This document shows, in pieces, positions 40,201 to 52,818 of a stretch of 64,000 bases of DNA (position 1 is its first letter; the number at the start of each line of letters is the position of its first letter). Made by a program: the position numbers and the translations under genes. The notes under the pieces are model-generated. The model saw nothing but the letters and a program-made list of their open reading frames with translations, made no database searches and was not told the DNA's origin. This DNA is from Phoronis australis (taxonomy: Eukaryota; Animalia; Phoronida), in NCBI GenBank assembly GCA_002633005.1, contig NMRA01000167.1, positions 674,460 to 738,459 of the forward strand, read 5' to 3'.

Positions 40201-40614
40201 TCGTTTCCGGCAGAGTGTAATCGTCTCGTCTGCTCGTCAGTGAATTGCAGAGTGCGAGAAACCGACAAATCTGTTATTTCACCAGTAAATGTAGTTTGAA
40301 AATACAAACTGTTACTAAAAGATTTCAACGTTGAACGGAGTATATTGTAAACGTGTATACAATATCAATGTGAAATTATGTACATTCACGTTAACGCACT
40401 CTCTCCCAAGTTTATTTGGACTTGGCCACTGATAGCTGCTCGTGGAACTATTTCCGTGACAACGACAGCGCACTCACAATGCACTTGTCAAGACCACCGG
40501 CGTTCTCACGCCACCTTCTGTTTTTAATCACAAGACTTCAGCCGGAGCAGACTGGCGTGTAGGTATGTCTTATGGAAAACCCACCCAGCGACGTAATGAG
40601 ATTATGAAATATAT

Positions 40615-41670
40615 AACAAGAGCAACGCGGAGCGTCATGCGCCCACGAATGCACCACAAACGGTGTGTTTCTACAGTTGTTCATTTGTATCATAAAAATG
40701 GCTTCTAGATGGCGCAAAACGTCCAATCTATCTGAAAACGGAACATACCGTCGCTTCTTTAGTAGAAAGCCATTTACCAAATTTCATAAAAATCTGTCAA
40801 GAAACTTCAGAGAAACAAAGGAAAACAGAAAAAATGACATTTCAACTAGGGGGCACAGCGTCCGCCTCAAAGTCGTCGTCTATTGTTAGCTTCATATAAA
40901 TACCTCAAATCCATCTAAAAATGGGAGGATAGCGTCATGTCATCAATAGATGATTACATTCCAAATTTTATGAAAATACGTTGAGGACCTTTGAAGATAC
41001 AGAGGTAAACGTAAAAAACTAAAATTGCCACTAGGGGGCACATCGGTGGTTCGATCTGTGCCAAAGTCGTCATCATCCGTTGTCAAAATCATATAAATAC
41101 ACTTCCCAAATTTAGTAAATAAAGATCCTGCAAACTGTTAAGGAGATCCAGCCATGGGCGCAAAAAACTGCCAATAGGAGGGACCACAGTAGTCGAAGTC
41201 GTCCGAAAATCAGGTCAGCCATCCCTTTCATAGGTGAAACATACATTCCAATTTTCACGATCATCCTTAGAGCAGTTTGGTTGATATCAGGACGGATGCC
41301 AAAAACAGACTCGAAAACAGTAAAAATGGCCACCAGGTGGCGCAAACTGCATCGAATCCATGGGAAATAGAATGATGACATCATCTCACTAATAGATGCC
41401 TATATTCAAAATTTTATGAAAATACGTTGAGGACTTCCAAAAATACAGAGGTAAGCGTAAAAAAGTAAAACTGCTACTAGGGGGCACACCGGTAGTCGGA
41501 GAGGTCCGAAATTTGTCGTCATCCGTCGTCAGCTTCCTTATAACACATCTGCCAAATCTGACCAAGATCCTGTGAGGGCTTAAGAGATACAGCTGCGGAC
41601 GCCGGACTACGGACGCCCAGACAGAGATGACGGCAATGTGCGACCACATATATAAGTGAGCTCATAAAAA
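40615..41670 (-). mobile_element. Non-autonomous Helentron-associated (HINE/DINE-1-like) element with internal tandem repeats
   Basis: Minus strand starts TTTTTATGAGCTCAC, then a GTCCG-type microsatellite, internal repeats (AAATTTTATGAAAATACGTTGAGGAC at about 40963 and 41409; CTAGGGGGCAC), ends with a GC hairpin and CTTGTT. Confidence 0.6.
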
Positions 41671-41701
41671 GAGCACAGATACCTCTATTGCCACAGGTCG
41701 T

Positions 41702-44700
41702 CAGGCCCGTAGAAGGCAAAAATTACTGGGGGGCACAAACCAATTCGACTTCCCCCTTCCTACCGCCCCCCAACAACCTGTTCTCCGGATGACCCCTTAT
41801 TTGTACCGACCCCCCCCCCATCACGTGCGCCACAGATGAGGGTTTCGGGGTAATTCTCGGGATACAGCCATCAGCATTTGAGTAACCGTGAACCAACAAA
41901 GTTTCACGGGAATAAGAATGGGCTTACAGCCAGTGCACTGACGGGTAGCCTTGTACCTGATACATGTATCTAACAGTGTGGAAATACGAAATTCGATAAC
42001 TAAAGCTAGTCCGGCGCTCAGCTATGATTCACTTGAGACAGGCTGCTTAGCTCGTAAAAATTGACATCTGCACTGGCTCTATGGTCAAGATTCGTTTTGG
42101 GAATAGTTAATTTTATTAATTGTGGTCATTTTTTGAAGGAATTTTGAAAAGGTGAGGCCCCACAAATTTTCAGGCGTCAGGGTTAGACCGTGGCAAAAGA
42201 CATAGGCGTGGGGCCGGGGACAGTCGAGAAAAAAAGACTGCGAAATACGGATAAGGGAGAAAATCCAAGAGTCAGAACATTTAACAACTCTGCATCAGTG
42301 CATGGTTTACATTTTGAGGACCCTGGCCAGGACATTGTCTCTAGGGGCTCCGCTTTTGCAGCACAAGTCGTCTAAACACCCTTGAAACGAGCACGAAATC
42401 CATCATACATATATTTCGAAAAATCGAGAAAATTTATAAACGAACCTTTTGCGGAGCGTAATAATTTACTGGATCTTTAAATTCAATAAGTCAGTTTTGC
42501 GAATGCAAAACTAAATTTTTCCAGATGCCTCTCTCTGGCAAGGGATAACGGAGACCACTTTCGCTTTATTTTTTCTCGAAACTGTATATTACTTGAGAAA
42601 AATTGAAGACACGACAGATAACATTAAGTGCTGTGCATTTCCTGATATTTGAAAATATAGATGTTTTCATATTTAGGGGCCCCACCCTTGAAGGAGGCCA
42701 TTGATGACATTTAAGTGGCAACTTTGTTGTGTTTTTATTGACAAAATTCTTGAGGGGCCGCTCACGGAGACAGGGTCCAATGTTGGAATCGATTATTTCT
42801 ATTTTCCTGTGTTTTGTGAAATCGTGCAACCGGCTTTCATGTTGAAGGTCACTCCCTGCATCGCTTTGGGACAACACGAGGGTGGAATGCATTGCCACTC
42901 TTTTTTCCAAGCTTAATGATGATTAGCCTTTCATCTTAAGGTGTCCCATTTCAGACGGTACCCTCTCTCGATGAAGCAGTTGAGGGGAAATGTACCTTTG
43001 TCAATCTATACATGTAAATCCGACACTGCCAAGTATTCACGATGGAAGTTGAGATTCCAAATTCATCAAAAAACACAAAACACTCGTGCACAGCACAGCC
43101 ATTCGACCCCAACAACCAAAAATGTGAAAAGTGCAGTAGGATTGCCGCCATCGAAAGGTTGGAATTTTGAAGAAAGTGAAGACCACTATTTGTGTATTAC
43201 ACAAAAGGACTATTTCCGATAGTTATAAAATAATGTTACTGTTTCCCTTAGCATCACAAGAATAGTATCTCTTTTGAAGATGGTTACTATAAGTTGTTTG
43301 TAAGGAATTCCCACACGTGGAAAACACTGCTGTCTGGGCTATTTGTGATGACCGTGTACATGTCGAAAGGGGGTACTCAAAGAACTCTCGCAATCGTAAG
43401 CAAATATTTCAGCGTTGTTTTTTTTTTTGTCAGTAGAGTTCAAGTTTACCTCATGAACCGTTATATGTACATCTGAAACGAGCAACTGTACACTTTAATA
43501 CGAATGCTCCATCATCCTTTATTTCCCTGGAAATTGCTTATAACATTCCGTTTTGATAAACAAATTCGTTGGTTCCTGATTTACTTGTTTATACATGTAT
43601 ATCTACGAAAATCGATAGATTCATAGATGATTTTTGACAATTAGAAGCTAATCTTGCAAGAATTGATGACGCTTCAGCCTGAACTTGGAAAAACTCTGTA
43701 ATCCGATCCCCAAATAGTAAAGTGCACTTATAGACGATTTTTGCATATCTAAAATAACTCTCAAAAACTTTGATGAAATTCGGACTCACAAACCGTAGAT
43801 AGAAAAAAAGGTTTAAAATTCCTAAATACATAAAATTAAGCTCATTGCTTGGAAATGTTGTCTTTCCACTTCCTTGGTGTTTTTAGTTTCCAGTAGCACC
43901 CTCTCTCGTTGGAGCGTTTCGGGGGAATTGCCGCTTTGTCACTCTATACATGTACATGTAAATCTGACACTACCAAGTGTTCACGAGGGGAAGCTTAAAT
44001 TTCAAATTCATCAACAACACACAACTCGTGCACAGCACAGCAGTATCAAGACCGTCTGAAATGGGACAACTTGAGATGAAAAGTTAAACATCATTAAGCT
44101 TGGAAAAGAGCCACAATTCGTTCCATCGTCACGTGACCCTTCCTCAACATGAAAGCCGGTAGTAGGATTTCACAAAAAACGGGAAAATAGAGGAATTCGA
44201 TTCCAACAATGAGCCCTTTGTCCGTGAGCGGCCCCTTAAGAATTTGTCGATAAAATCACAAAAAGGGTGGCCACTTGAATGTTATCAATGGCCCCCTTAA
44301 AGGTCTGGGCCCCTAAATATGAAAAGATCTAATACATCAAAGATCAGGAAATGCGCAGCGATTGATGTTTTCTGTCAGGTCGTCAATTTTTCTTAAGTGA
44401 TGTATAATTTCGAGAAAATAACCGAAAAATTAAAGCGACAGTTGTCTCCGTTATCCCATGTCAGAGAGGGGCCTATGGAAAAATATAGTTTGGCGTTTGC
44501 AAAATTGTCTTATCGAATTTGAAATTTTCTCGATTTTTAAGAGGTATTTGAATGACTAAGTGCACGTTTTCAAGTGCGCTTAGACGATGCTGCAAAAACG
44601 GAAACCCTAACAACAATGTCTTGACCAGGGCCCTCAAAGGGTTAACCAAGCACTAATACTGAATTGTCAAATGTTCTCTTGAATTTTCTCTCTTATTCCT

Positions 44701-44823
44701 ATTTGCAGTCTTTCTTTTCTCGACTGCCCCGGCCGCATGCCATGTCGGCTGCCAAGATTCAGCCCTGACGCCTGCAAATTTTTGGGGGGCACGAGACCCG
44801 GTCCCCTGCTTCCTACGGCCCTG
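41702..44823. mobile_element. Foldback-like element: long inverted arms (about 42155-42959 and 44051-44792) with hAT-like outer termini
   Basis: Arms align as reverse complements over about 750-800 bp; CAGGCCCGTAG at 41702 and CTACGGCCCTG ending 44823; no convincing TSD. Confidence 0.7.
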
Positions 44824-45974
44824 CTCGTGGGTCGAGGGGGTTGTGGGTCAAGTGGGTTGTGAGTCAAGGGGGTCATGGGTTGAGGGGGTTTCAGAACAAT
44901 TCCTAACGCGGTACTTGTATGTAAGAACTCCATTTTGCGACCTGAAATTTGTGAGTATTTAACGCCCCAGGTAAGAGCATAACGTAAACATTTTCTCCAT
45001 GATCTAAAACAAAATTTTGCGACCTGGCATTTATAAATGCCAACTGTACTTCTAAAATGAGACCTGGGATTTTGGCTAGGTCGCAAAATTCGACCTGGCG
45101 ATTTTCACAACGTGGAACCCTCACATACAATGGCCGATTTAACCTGTGAGTTATTCACATACTGTGTGAATACAACGGGACGCTGCAATGTACATGTAAA
45201 CGAAAGTCAGGTACAGCAGAAAAATGGACTCCAGAAAGAAACAACCACAACAGCCAACTCGTCTACACAAAAAGGCCCCAAACTGTATCCACATTTTACA
45301 CTTCCTACATCGGTCATGCCAGTTTGTTTAGGTTAATCACCAGCTGTTGAGAATTTGACCAGCCAATCAGAAATGCCAAAGCAAAAAAATTCCCCAGGAG
45401 AATTAACTGATACCTGCCTGTTCTCTACCCCCAGCGGACACAAAGGGAACCAGCGAGGGGTCCATCCAATAACCTACACCATTTGTGCTCAACTTCAAAG
45501 ATGATTCAAAGGTTTTGGTAGCAAGAGTGATGACTGGTTTAGTTTATGTTCAAGACTGTTATTATGTACACAAGATGGCACTGCACTGCTCCATAAAAAT
45601 GTCTACCAAATTCCAAGGGGTGCATGCATGGTACAAAAAGACACCACTGAAAATCCAGACAAAGATGAAAATATGCCTGCATCATATGTGTATACAATTG
45701 CATGGGTGCATGAAATTAGAAATAATTTCTAATCTTCTGCAAGTCATTCCAGACACAAACAAATAATAAATAGTGCTGAAAATCAATTCTTTTTACAAAA
45801 TTTGCTAAACTTTCCAAGACTGTGCTGTTCAGACCAATCACATGTGATATCATCTCATTTTTAAAAATACACACCAACAGCTAAGATTCTAAGTAAAATG
45901 AGACCCATTTCTTGCAGATAATAAGTCTGCTTAAAACCTTCCATATTTAGTAGAAAGTACATATACAAATGTTC

Positions 45975-46268
45975 TCAATTCAGTGTGGGGATATCTTGTT
46001 TTTCTTTTCGCCTTCGAGTCTCGTACGCCAATGCCAAGTGTTTCTGTGCTTGGTTCTGATTTCGCTTCAGTTCATCCCGTCGTTCACACTCTTTCAATAT
46101 CATTCGCTGTCCGCTTGACCGATTCACTTGACCTCTCTTGTACAACCACGTGACATACAAAGTGGAACAGCCCAGTACAGAAAGGACAAAGTAATTCCTG
46201 ACACGAAATGCCTGAGTGCCCCTCAACTTACGCCGAGGATCAATTTCGCGACCAACAACCTTTTCCAT
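45975..46268 (-). CDS. PET117: PET117-like mitochondrial cytochrome c oxidase assembly factor (97 aa)
   Basis: FVLSVLGCSTLYVTWLYKRGQVNR..ILKECERR..KRN aligns without gaps to PET117 as I recall it (VLGLSVLLTAATVAGVHVKQQWDQ..VIRDIERQ..KEN); GCCATGG start context; 5'UTR acceptor T-rich-CTGCAG at 46296. Confidence 0.6.
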   Translation of the reverse strand: MEKVVGREIDPRRKLRGTQAFRVRNYFVLSVLGCSTLYVTWLYKRGQVNRSSGQRMILKECERRDELKRNQNQAQKHLALAYETRRRKEKQDIPTLN

Positions 46269-46722
46269 GGCAACTGGATTTCTATCTCACCACATCTGCA
46301 GAAAAAAATAAAAAATTCAAACAGTATTAAATCAGAAAAAAGAGACTCTTCAATTGCGGAGAAAAATAAAAGTAACAAGTCACTTTTTTCATTTACAAAA
46401 TGTTAATGGAAATGTTAAAAGTGATTTTGAAAAGTTCTGGAAAGGTTCAGTGTTAAGGTTTGGTAGAAGTAGCATCTGTAGTACAAACAAACTTGTGAAC
46501 CATGGCAACTCTTCTTAAGACAAACCACAAAATTAAACAATGTAAACAATGTGATAAGGCATAGCTGGCTTTTTAAGTATTATTGGTGTCCCGAATATGC
46601 TTGTGGCAATCCCGTTTCAAATAATTAATTTGCAATTTTATTTTTGTGAATATTTAAGTGACAGTCATCTTCAGCTACGCCATGTGCTCAGGAAGTTGGC
46701 AAGTAGAATTTATCACCCCCCT

Positions 46723-47022
46723 CATAGGCGGATTTAGGGGGGGGGCTCAGGGGGTCCCCCCCTTGGATGGAAAAATAAACAGCAGGAACAGCATGAAGAA
46801 ACACAAGTGCACCAATTTGGATTGGAATGGCAGCGGGGGGGTAGGGCACAGCGGAATCGCGTTCCCGTTTTCTTTTTTTATTAGCCCGATAGAATTTGGC
46901 AACACCAGGTCCACATCGTCAGTCCCTGCTACTTTCGGGCCGCCTGTGCTTCCAATTGCGCTTTTCCCAATTCTCCGAGGCAACATCTTGCCCCCCCTTA
47001 TGGTATCCTAGATCCGCTACTG
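46723..47022. mobile_element. hAT-like MITE (related decayed copy at about 38664-38812)
   Basis: CATAGGCGGATTTAGG / CCTAGATCCGCTACTG termini with G- and C-rich subterminal runs. Confidence 0.65.
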
Positions 47023-48479
47023 CCCCTCTCCATTAGCTCTGTCCACTTCAATTTGAAGCTGATCAGCCCAAGTATTGATGACAATCACAAAAATGGTGAC
47101 AAGAAAAAGGAGCAGGATGCAAATCCCTTTGCTCATTAGATGAAGACAGCTTCGCAGGAGAAAATTTTACTCTCAAATTTGACATGCTGATATTATTTAT
47201 GAAATGGAATCAGTTCCAATGATTTGATGTGACAATGTACGCAACCTCATGGAGGAAAAACAGTTGAATCCGCATTTTTTGCGTATGGTACACAGGTATG
47301 GATGGAAGAATTGGCGATAAAAGAAACTGGCCAATACGTGACGCTATATTTCTTGATACCAAAAGCCGACGTATAAGATCGCTTCACTACTTTAGCAGCA
47401 GAATAGTGTACGTCAAAAATTTTTCTAACACTGGTTAATTTCAGTTTACTCAAGGAACAGTGTAGTTTTTAATGACACTAATTTGCTGTCATATTTTGTT
47501 TGAACATTTTGTATCCATATCATCACAAAGGTGTATATTTGGTACAGCTTTGCACCAAGGCTAGAGAAATCTTAGTTGCTAAACCAACCCTTAAATATTA
47601 GGGTTCGCACAGTGAAATTTTCAAGTGCCATCACTCTTGAATTGCACATCAAATATTAACCTGCGCACCTCAAAACTGAGATTGCATTAACACATTTATC
47701 TCCAGAATTGATGCGGTGAACATAACTGCCCTTCAAAAGAACCTATTTAAGACTCAAATCTTTACCATTTCCTTGTCACTCTGACAATTGTATTTTTAAC
47801 CTACCACTGAACTCGTGAACTGAAGCATACGCTGGGCTCATTGGTTGGCATTTGAGTTACTACATGATGTCATTAGGTCAAAAACTAAGATGGCAGACAT
47901 TTGATTCGTTGTTGTTAGAGGAAGGTAAAAATTACGAAGCAAAGAATAATCGGTAAGACCGTTTGCGGTTTTATAAATGTCTCCAGGGAATTTTATTTGG
48001 CAAGTACTAATGCACCGAACAAGAATTTTTCTTCCAGCATTCTTTTGGTTTACATCAATTTTTTCACCAGGGAAGTGGTGAAAATTGAGCCGCCTCCGGT
48101 GGAACTTCAGCTGTTTAGGAGCTCAGTATTGATTAGTGTAAACTCACCTGGGAATCAACAATTTTTAACACATGCGATAAATTGTACTGATAATTCTAGG
48201 ATTGAATTTAACCACTTTTTATTGCAAAAGTAATTATCAAAGAACAATTAAGTCTTTAAAGACTTAATTGGAAGGAGTTAAAGAGCTCATTCCCATTAAA
48301 ACAAATACTCCCACTGCTCAAGAATAGAGAACTGAGACGGCATTGGCCAGGTATAGCGTTCGTTGATTTTGAGAACCATGCAATCACTGAATAACGAGTC
48401 CGTTACTGGTACTCAAAATCAGACCACGCTATCCTCCCACGTCGGCAGTGATTAACTAGGTCTAGGACTAGGGCCAGGG

Positions 48480-49170
48480 GCAGGGGTAAGTTCACCTACC
48501 GTCCTCCTGTGGATGGTGTGCATCCAGATAAGTGAAACTGTAATGAGCGCCCTTCAAACTGGGGACAGGATTCGTCCGAAAACCTGCGCTGAACTGCGTT
48601 GGTGGAAGAAACACGTAAAGATGGCTTAGGCTACTTGTCTAGACTCTCTAGTAGGCAAAAGGTACCCGCTCATCCAAAACCTTTACGGCTAATAGATGGC
48701 GCTTCCTATCAATCACGTGGTTTGTCGTTTTATCGCCAAGGGGTGGCACTACATATTTCCGGCTGTCGGCCAAGGGAATAACAATAACAAATTGTCAATG
48801 GGCGAGGGACAAAGGACTTGGAGGTTAACATTTTAAGGTGCCGTAAACATTCGACGTCATCAAGTGCTTAGGACTGAATGTGATTCACTTAACACAATTC
48901 TTACTCATTTAAAATCTCACTGCTCTAAGTTTAAAATCTCACAGTCTGAACTTTCCCTGTCTATTTTTCTTGCCTGTTGTGTTGCCAGTGCTGGGCTGAA
49001 GTTTGTCTTGGCCCGATGTCTGCCAAANGGAAGTTGTCTATGTTTATGCTCCTCTTTCTGTAGAGAACTGGGCTGTTCCTTGTTTTCACACTGTTTACTG
49101 TTTTACGTTAGAACCGACGAATTTTCTGTCGCCGTATGACACGCGTTGGTTTTAGATTGATACAGCATGA
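48480..49170. promoter_or_regulatory. Putative bidirectional promoter between PET117-like (-) and ANO8 (+)
   Basis: Locally CpG-richer; YY1-like GATGGCG (48695), E-box CACGTG (48714), CRE-like GACGTCA (about 48853); minus-strand donor G|GTAGGT at 48499; plus-strand exon candidate at 49167. Confidence 0.45.
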
Positions 49171-49227
49171 GCCAGGGCACATGCAGATCATCATCTTTGA
49201 CAGGCGCTACCCTGAGAAGCCGTTCAC
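49167..49227 (+). CDS. ANO8: Candidate first coding exon of ANO8 (MSQGTCRSSSLTGATLRSRS)
   Basis: ATG 49167, 20 codons + 1 nt, donor C|GTGAGT; phase 1 matches the acceptor at 59090. No homology support. Confidence 0.4.
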
Positions 49228-52200
49228 GTGAGTAGGCTCATCTTCGGCTTGGTCGCTGTGCTGTAGCCTGTGCGTGGACTTGGAGTCCTGTTTATTCTCA
49301 AGATTGCGTATGCGTGAACTTGGAATTGAATTCTCATTTATGCAATCAGCAAGTTTCCAAGTTCACGAACAGCAGCTGCACCATGCATGCCAGTAAGTCT
49401 ACTATTGTTAACTGGGAAGCTGGACTGGCCCAGTTCAGACGGTGGTAGGCATACTGCGCTGCACTTGACACCTAACCTAACAGTTATAAACTTGTCTGTT
49501 ATGTGTGCCAAGCGTCCAAGCTAGGTGATCATCCTATGGAAAATTAATCTCGAATCATTTGTAAAATTAATTACCAGAACAAGTTAGCCAGCGAGCAAGT
49601 AGTGACTTGATCCTCACTATAGGCATAGCTGGCTCAGTAGAGACGTGAAGCTCCTATATTGGAGCTTCGTACGCCGGGAGCTTTTTGGCGAATTATGCCT
49701 CACTCTGATAAAAAATCAAAGTCGCGCTGTTATAAGTAGCTTTTGCGCATAGAGGGGGACACCTGGGGCCTTCCAACCTCAGTTCCTTCCAACTTCAGTT
49801 CCCAAAATTGGAAACTGGCCATATTTAACACAGTGCACGGCAGGTGCCATGGTATGATGTCATATCCCCTGGCGTGCACAGTGTAAACATGGCCAGCTAC
49901 GGGTTTTGGGAACTGAACGAGGAACTGCTCAAAGAAAAAGTTTCTTCCGCTGCTGGCTATGCTCCCAGTGATCTTGAAGTCAAGTTTATTACTTTGTGTA
50001 TAGCTGTTATTATCTTTTAGTAGTGTAACTCCAAACTGGTGTTTCAGAGCGGTAACTTCAGGAGTGTCATCTTTTTTAAAAACAGGAAAAGCGAAATAAG
50101 TGTCATTACTTATGTATTGTGCCACAAAAATATGCCCATTTAAAGTTTTTGAGTTTGCAGCTGTTTCATGCTTTTCATTGTGCGTTTTAAGTTTTTTAAT
50201 ATGGAACAGCAGTGACACCCGTTGCCAAAATATAAATCACACATCATATGTACATTTTTCTTGTTTTCTAACTGCATCTCTGATGACTCATTTTACAAAA
50301 TATTAAGGCTAATTAAGGTGATGTAATAATCTTTATAACATCAATTTGACTCAAGATCACCAAAAACTTAGTGCACTCATCATTCAACCAATATCTCTAT
50401 TATTTGTTTGGTAAGCTACTTGGCTGTTTTCGTAAGTTTAGATTTAAAAGTCTTGGTTCACACAGTTTTTTAGTAAAAAGCTCACTACAGAGGGAACTTA
50501 GATGTAAAAGCCTTAATTGGTCCACATGTTTTTTTGTAAAAAACCTCTGTGTGTGTGGGGGGCGGGGTGAGGAATTGCTGGTGAACGGTGGTGGGGGTTA
50601 CCCGTTGTTGGAATCATGGATGCCCTGGAATATTGCAAACCCCATTTTAGACACCCAGTTTTCGAAATTCTGGATAAAGCCCTGCTGCTCGCCCCTGGGA
50701 TTTGACGTCATGTCTCTTGGCGTGAGTACTGTAAAAAAGGTGATGTTTTGAAGAAAGACTCGCGTAGACAGCTGCTTCAGCATGTTTCAGTTGACAGCGT
50801 CGACTTCTGTGCAATTCATATTTAGTATTTTGATTCAAAACACACCGAAGCACTGTCTTTTATTGTGAGGGCAGACATTAAAGTCCATTAGATTTAGGAA
50901 AAAAGGAACAGGTGAAGCGCATTAATTTATCAAATGCTGCTTCCTAAATTACTAGTAACGAACTTTTTCATTCCTCTTTTTAACTCATGACATCATTTCA
51001 ATTTTAGAGAGAGTTGCCAAATAAAGTTGCATCATGGTTCATGCGGGTTCAATAATTATGAATTTCTTAATTCGTGATGTTCAGAGAACGTATATTTGTC
51101 TTACTCCCAGTCAGCATTCTTCCCCTGGTGTCCAACAATTCGCTCTCTTGGTTCTAAATTTTGGTCCAGTCTCCTTCTATCTCTGTAGGAACTATACAGG
51201 AGATCATGGTTTTGTTCTGTCAGAAATTTGTAATATGAGATGATGAAATCATTTCATACAAGCCACCCAAGAAAGACGTACACTGAAAGACACAGTGGCT
51301 ACGGTTGAAGTGAAAGTGTTCATGACAAAAATGCCTATTGAAATAGGTCACAGGTTGCTACCACTTAAAACTGCCTAGCATCAGGTTTTTCTTCTCAAAA
51401 CATAGCATTATGGTTTAGAGCAGAAATGACGCATTGATTCCAGAATTACAGCAAGTTGACATGTATTCGTTTTACGTTTCTAAACTCCAGAGCACTTTAG
51501 GAAGTTTTGTATACTTTTTGCCTCTGCAATTTTCCAAACATTAATGATAAAAGTTATCTTAAGAAACATGTTTAGAATGAAGTCCAACTGTTTAATTTTG
51601 ACTGGTTGAATTCTTACTCAGAATGTACGAATACAAGTTTGATGATACTGTAAAGTATTTCCTTTTTGCAAATTCTTGTGTATTGAAAAAGTACAGCCGG
51701 TGCAGTCAGCAACTAATTTTCTTGATTTTGCAGCTTTCTTTGAAATATTTATTAGGATGAAAGGTGTAAGATAGAAAAATATTTTTTATTAGCTGAAAAA
51801 TTGCATTTTCGTAGGTGTGACGGATGTACATGATGAATGTTCAAATTTTGAGCTCCCAAGCTCAAATTTGACCATTTACCTCAATTTTCAATTATGCACC
51901 ATCACCATACTCAATTTTCATGTATTGCCATGCACCAATTAATTACTGCTAACAGTGTTTTTAGAGTAAGTACTTTCTATGTATAAAATGTTTTGTCAAA
52001 GTGCTACTGTCATGCTTTAAGATAAAGTAGATATTGAAGATCAGAAAGGCTTGGATGTATTTGTCTCTTACGTTATAAGCCTGCGTTGGAACAATGAATT
52101 TTCCTGCTGTGTCAATTTTAATATAATTTGTTAACAATGTATGTGGTTAGGCCTTAGATTATAAATGTTCAAGGCCTTAAACTTGATACTGAAGATGACA

Positions 52201-52818
52201 ACTATGATGACTATGAGTATTATCTGACGGTGAAATATTTGTAATTTTATTCCACAGTTAGTAATTTGGCATTGGTGTCAAAATATAGTATTTTTTTAAA
52301 CCTTTACGTGACTAATTACTTGGTAGATCACTACAAGGTCAATTTAATTTTATTAGAACTGCAGTAATGTTTACTGTAACCCTCCTGGTACGGAAATTCG
52401 TGAGTGGATAATGAAGACCTGCATGTTCGACATCTGCTCACATTCTGATTACCCCTGTATACTGTTAGTGTTTGTGAATAGGCTCCCATAGACAATTCAT
52501 ACAGGCTACAGTCATGAAGAGGTTATGGCCATTGTCTAGACTAGGGTTCTTAATGTGCGACTGACTTCTTAGTCTTAGAGTGACTGCGTTGGTTCTGAAC
52601 AGACTGCAAAATTTGTTAACGTTCACAGTCTTGGCTCTTCCTGGAAGTCGGAGCTAACATTAGAATATTGAACATCAGTTTCCGGATAAACACTGAGTTA
52701 TATTTTGTTTTGCAGTGAGAAAAGTGTCCCAGGCAAAGTTTTTGTGCTGCTGTGTTTATAGTTTGTTACTATTTTCATTGTTCTATTGGTCCAATTAATG
52801 TAAAGACATAACAACATA

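Noticed and set aside
49730-50218. 162-aa minus-strand ORF
   Set aside because: Non-ATG start, no recognisable motif or splice context; probably chance or repeat-derived.
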